NCBI GenBank assembly: GCA_003516025.1
Contig: CP023991.1
Span: 150,001-182,000, forward strand
Reading direction: 5' to 3'
Length of the DNA stretch: 32,000 nt
DNA from: Candidatus Saccharimonadota bacterium
Lineage (GTDB): Bacteria > Patescibacteriota > Saccharimonadia > Saccharimonadales > UBA4665
The position numbers were made by a program, and so were the translations under genes. Positions 30,246 through 32,000 of this stretch are shown here, in pieces (position 1 is the stretch's first letter; the number at the start of each line of letters is the position of its first letter). Below the pieces are notes generated by a model. It saw only the letters and a program-made list of their open reading frames with translations. It did no database searches and had not been told where the DNA came from.

Positions 30246-32000
30246 TTATTCTTCGCTGGTCACGCGCAGGACTTCTTCGATAGTCGTCTGGCCGCGCAAC
30301 GCTTTTACCAGCCCGTCGACCTGCATGGTAACCATGCCATCTTTTATAGCGTGGTTCTGAATGTTTTCGCTGGTGTCGTTGGTGACAATCATTTTTTGGA
30401 TGCCTGAGGTATTGTCGAGTACTTCGTAAATACCGATACGGCCGCGGTAACCCGTGTGATTGCAGCGGTCGCAACCATCATTATGGGCCCGCCATAATTT
30501 TATAATGCCACTTGGTGTGCTACCAAGTTCAGCTTCGCCTTTATCGGGAGCGCCAATGCCGCCGGCGATCGCTTCTTTTTCCAGCTCATGCAACTTTTTC
30601 ATAGTTTCAGTTTCGTCAAGATGGAAGCTCTTCTCCAAGTGCTCCAGCTCTTCCTGGGCGGGCTGATATGTCTCGCGGCAATCAACGCACAGCCGGCGAA
30701 CCAGGCGTTGGCCCACAACGACACGCACTGTGCTGGCGATAAGGAATGGTTCGATCTGCATATCAAGCAGGCGGGGCAGACAGGTGGCGGCATTGTTGGT
30801 ATGGAGTGTACTGAATACCAAGTGTCCGGTGAGGGCGGCCTGGACTGCCAGCTGGGCAGTTTCGCCATCGCGGATTTCTCCGATCATAATGACGTTTGGA
30901 TCCTGGCGCAGCAGGGCGCGCAGCCCATTAGTGAATGTCATGCCGGCAACCGGATTGACTTGAGTTTGGTTGGCACCGAAAATGCGATACTCGACAGGAT
31001 CTTCGACCGTCGAAATATTAACCGATGGGTTATTAAGGATACTGAGTACACTAAATAAAGTCGTCGACTTGCCGGAGCCGGTCGGTCCGGTAACCAGAAT
31101 CATGCCGTGCGGCTGTACCATAGCTTTTTGGATATTTCTCAGCGCGATGCCCCAAAAACCCAGTTCTTCCAACGTGGCTGGTTTGCTGGTTTCATTAAGG
31201 ATACGCATGACAACTTTTTCACCGTCAACAATTGGCAGAGTGGAAACGCGCAAGGCATAGACCATACCGCCGACGTCTACTTTGAACCGGCCGTCTTGCG
31301 GCGCGCGGTGTTCGTCGATTTTTAAATTGCTCAGAATTTTTATGCGGCTGACCAGAGCGCCGAGGACTTTACGGGGCAGCTTATTAGCTTCGCGCAGTAC
31401 GCCGTCGATTCGATAGCGGATTACCACATGGTCTTCGCGCGGTTCGATGTGGATGTCGCTGGCACTGGCTTTAACGCCGTATTCAATAATAAGGTTCACT
31501 GTTTGGGCGATAGGCGAGTCTTCCGCGACCTCGTCTTCGCTGATCTCCTCGTCGACCTCTTCACTACCGGTTTCAATTGAGATAACTTTGGTCAGTTCGC
31601 TGGAAATGTTGCCCCGGTACTGGTCGAGGGCGCCTTGGATAAGAGAAGTGGTGGTTATGTGAAATGTAATGCTTGAACCCAATTGTTTGCGCAGGAAATT
31701 GATAGCCTGCACGTCGTCAGGGTCTTCAAGCGCGATCCGCTGGCTGCCGTCATCGTCTACGGCAAAAACAACCGCTTTATACTGGCGGGCGATCCGCTCG
31801 GGTATAAGCTTTAAGACATCACGGCTTAGCTCGCGTGGATTGAACTCCGCAAAGGGAACATCAATTTCTTTAGCGTACAGTTTTGTCAGCTCTTTTTCGC
31901 TGATAGCACCGGCTTTGATAACAATGTCCTGCAGCGGCTTTTTCTCAGCCTCTTCCTGTTCACGGAACGTCTTAATCTGGTCGTCACTAAACGAGTTAGT
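30246..32000 (-). CDS. pilB: type IV pilus assembly ATPase PilB (GspE family); N-terminus beyond the window edge
   Basis: Walker A GPTGSGKSTT, Asp/His boxes and a C-terminal tetra-Cys motif (CVDC…CDRC). My translation of 31713-32000 stays open in the same frame and gives a T2SSE_N-like sequence (…YAKEIDVPFAEF…LIPERIARQYKAVVFA…IALEDPDDVQAINFL). The track's 31712 start is therefore an internal GTG. Confidence 0.95.
   Translation of the reverse strand, partial: TNSFSDDQIKTFREQEEAEKKPLQDIVIKAGAISEKELTKLYAKEIDVPFAEFNPRELSRDVLKLIPERIARQYKAVVFAVDDDGSQRIALEDPDDVQAINFLRKQLGSSITFHITTTSLIQGALDQYRGNISSELTKVISIETGSEEVDEEISEDEVAEDSPIAQTVNLIIEYGVKASASDIHIEPREDHVVIRYRIDGVLREANKLPRKVLGALVSRIKILSNLKIDEHRAPQDGRFKVDVGGMVYALRVSTLPIVDGEKVVMRILNETSKPATLEELGFWGIALRNIQKAMVQPHGMILVTGPTGSGKSTTLFSVLSILNNPSVNISTVEDPVEYRIFGANQTQVNPVAGMTFTNGLRALLRQDPNVIMIGEIRDGETAQLAVQAALTGHLVFSTLHTNNAATCLPRLLDMQIEPFLIASTVRVVVGQRLVRRLCVDCRETYQPAQEELEHLEKSFHLDETETMKKLHELEKEAIAGGIGAPDKGEAELGSTPSGIIKLWRAHNDGCDRCNHTGYRGRIGIYEVLDNTSGIQKMIVTNDTSENIQNHAIKDGMVTMQVDGLVKALRGQTTIEEVLRVTSEE

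Noticed and set aside
30460-31662. Several + strand ORFs (30460..30666, 30588..31058, 30970..31260, 31107..31325, 31447..31662) antisense to pilB
   Set aside because: All lie inside an unambiguous GspE-family ATPase gene. They are shadow ORFs.
1-32000. UGA recoding (genetic code 4 or 25, as in some CPR lineages)
   Set aside because: TGA acts as the stop in several tightly coupled ATGA/TGATG junctions (9546-9548, 11875-11877, 12312-12314, 17274-17276, 27240-27242). Conserved proteins (DnaK, RuvB, PilB, PilC) are full-length under the standard code.
1-32000. CRISPR arrays, IS elements, transposases, integrases, prophage genes, toxin-antitoxin pairs
   Set aside because: I found no regularly spaced direct repeats, no terminal inverted repeats, and no ORF with transposase, integrase or phage hallmarks on either strand.

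Overview
This window is a compact, gene-dense segment of about 45 genes that uses the standard genetic code, since both TAG and TGA act as stops. Many genes overlap by 1-4 nt. Hand counts of individual 60-nt lines give about 45-63% GC outside nhaA. The content looks like core chromosome of a small-genome, monoderm-type bacterium. The gene set (secretin-less type IV pilus, ComEC, CIRCE heat-shock control) resembles Saccharibacteria/CPR, but that is inference only.

Gene order:
- 1-5428: a heat-shock cluster. It runs grpE (partial), an 82-aa ORF, two tandem CIRCE operators with an embedded promoter, a 61-aa ORF, dnaK, then a 165-aa ORF, an NYN RNase-like gene and cutA, and finally dnaJ.
- 5432-8536: a GGDEF cyclase, small ORFs and a 603-aa orphan protein.
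- 8533-13652: a ligase cluster. It holds a GT4 glycosyltransferase and an ATP-grasp gene, placed divergently from a cyanophycin-synthetase-like ATP-grasp, rimB-like and rimK operon, followed by a DUF192 gene.
- 13702-16814: a membrane protein, tRNA-Lys(UUU), a low-GC nhaA and two Nudix genes.
- 16875-20944: a minor-pilin operon with a large PilX-like protein, then comEC interrupted by an in-frame TAG.
- 20962-25734: yebC, an antisense PLD-family gene, ruvCAB and a bPH_2 membrane protein.
- 25746-32000 (minus strand): the type IV pilus operon pilB (partial), pilC, pilA, pilM, pilN, pilO and a 101-aa gene.

I saw no CRISPR array, IS element, integrase or rRNA.

Most notable observations:
- At least 13 start codons have a -10 box 6-10 nt upstream, which suggests widespread leaderless transcription.
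- Three ATP-grasp ligases cluster with a RimB-like peptidase, next to a 603-aa orphan carrying a metallopeptidase-like motif.
- The dnaK-dnaJ pair is split by an NYN/CutA module.
- The heat-shock cluster has an internal double CIRCE operator.
- comEC is interrupted by TAG-ATG.

I cannot point to one clearly novel system with confidence. The candidates are ranked in the findings.
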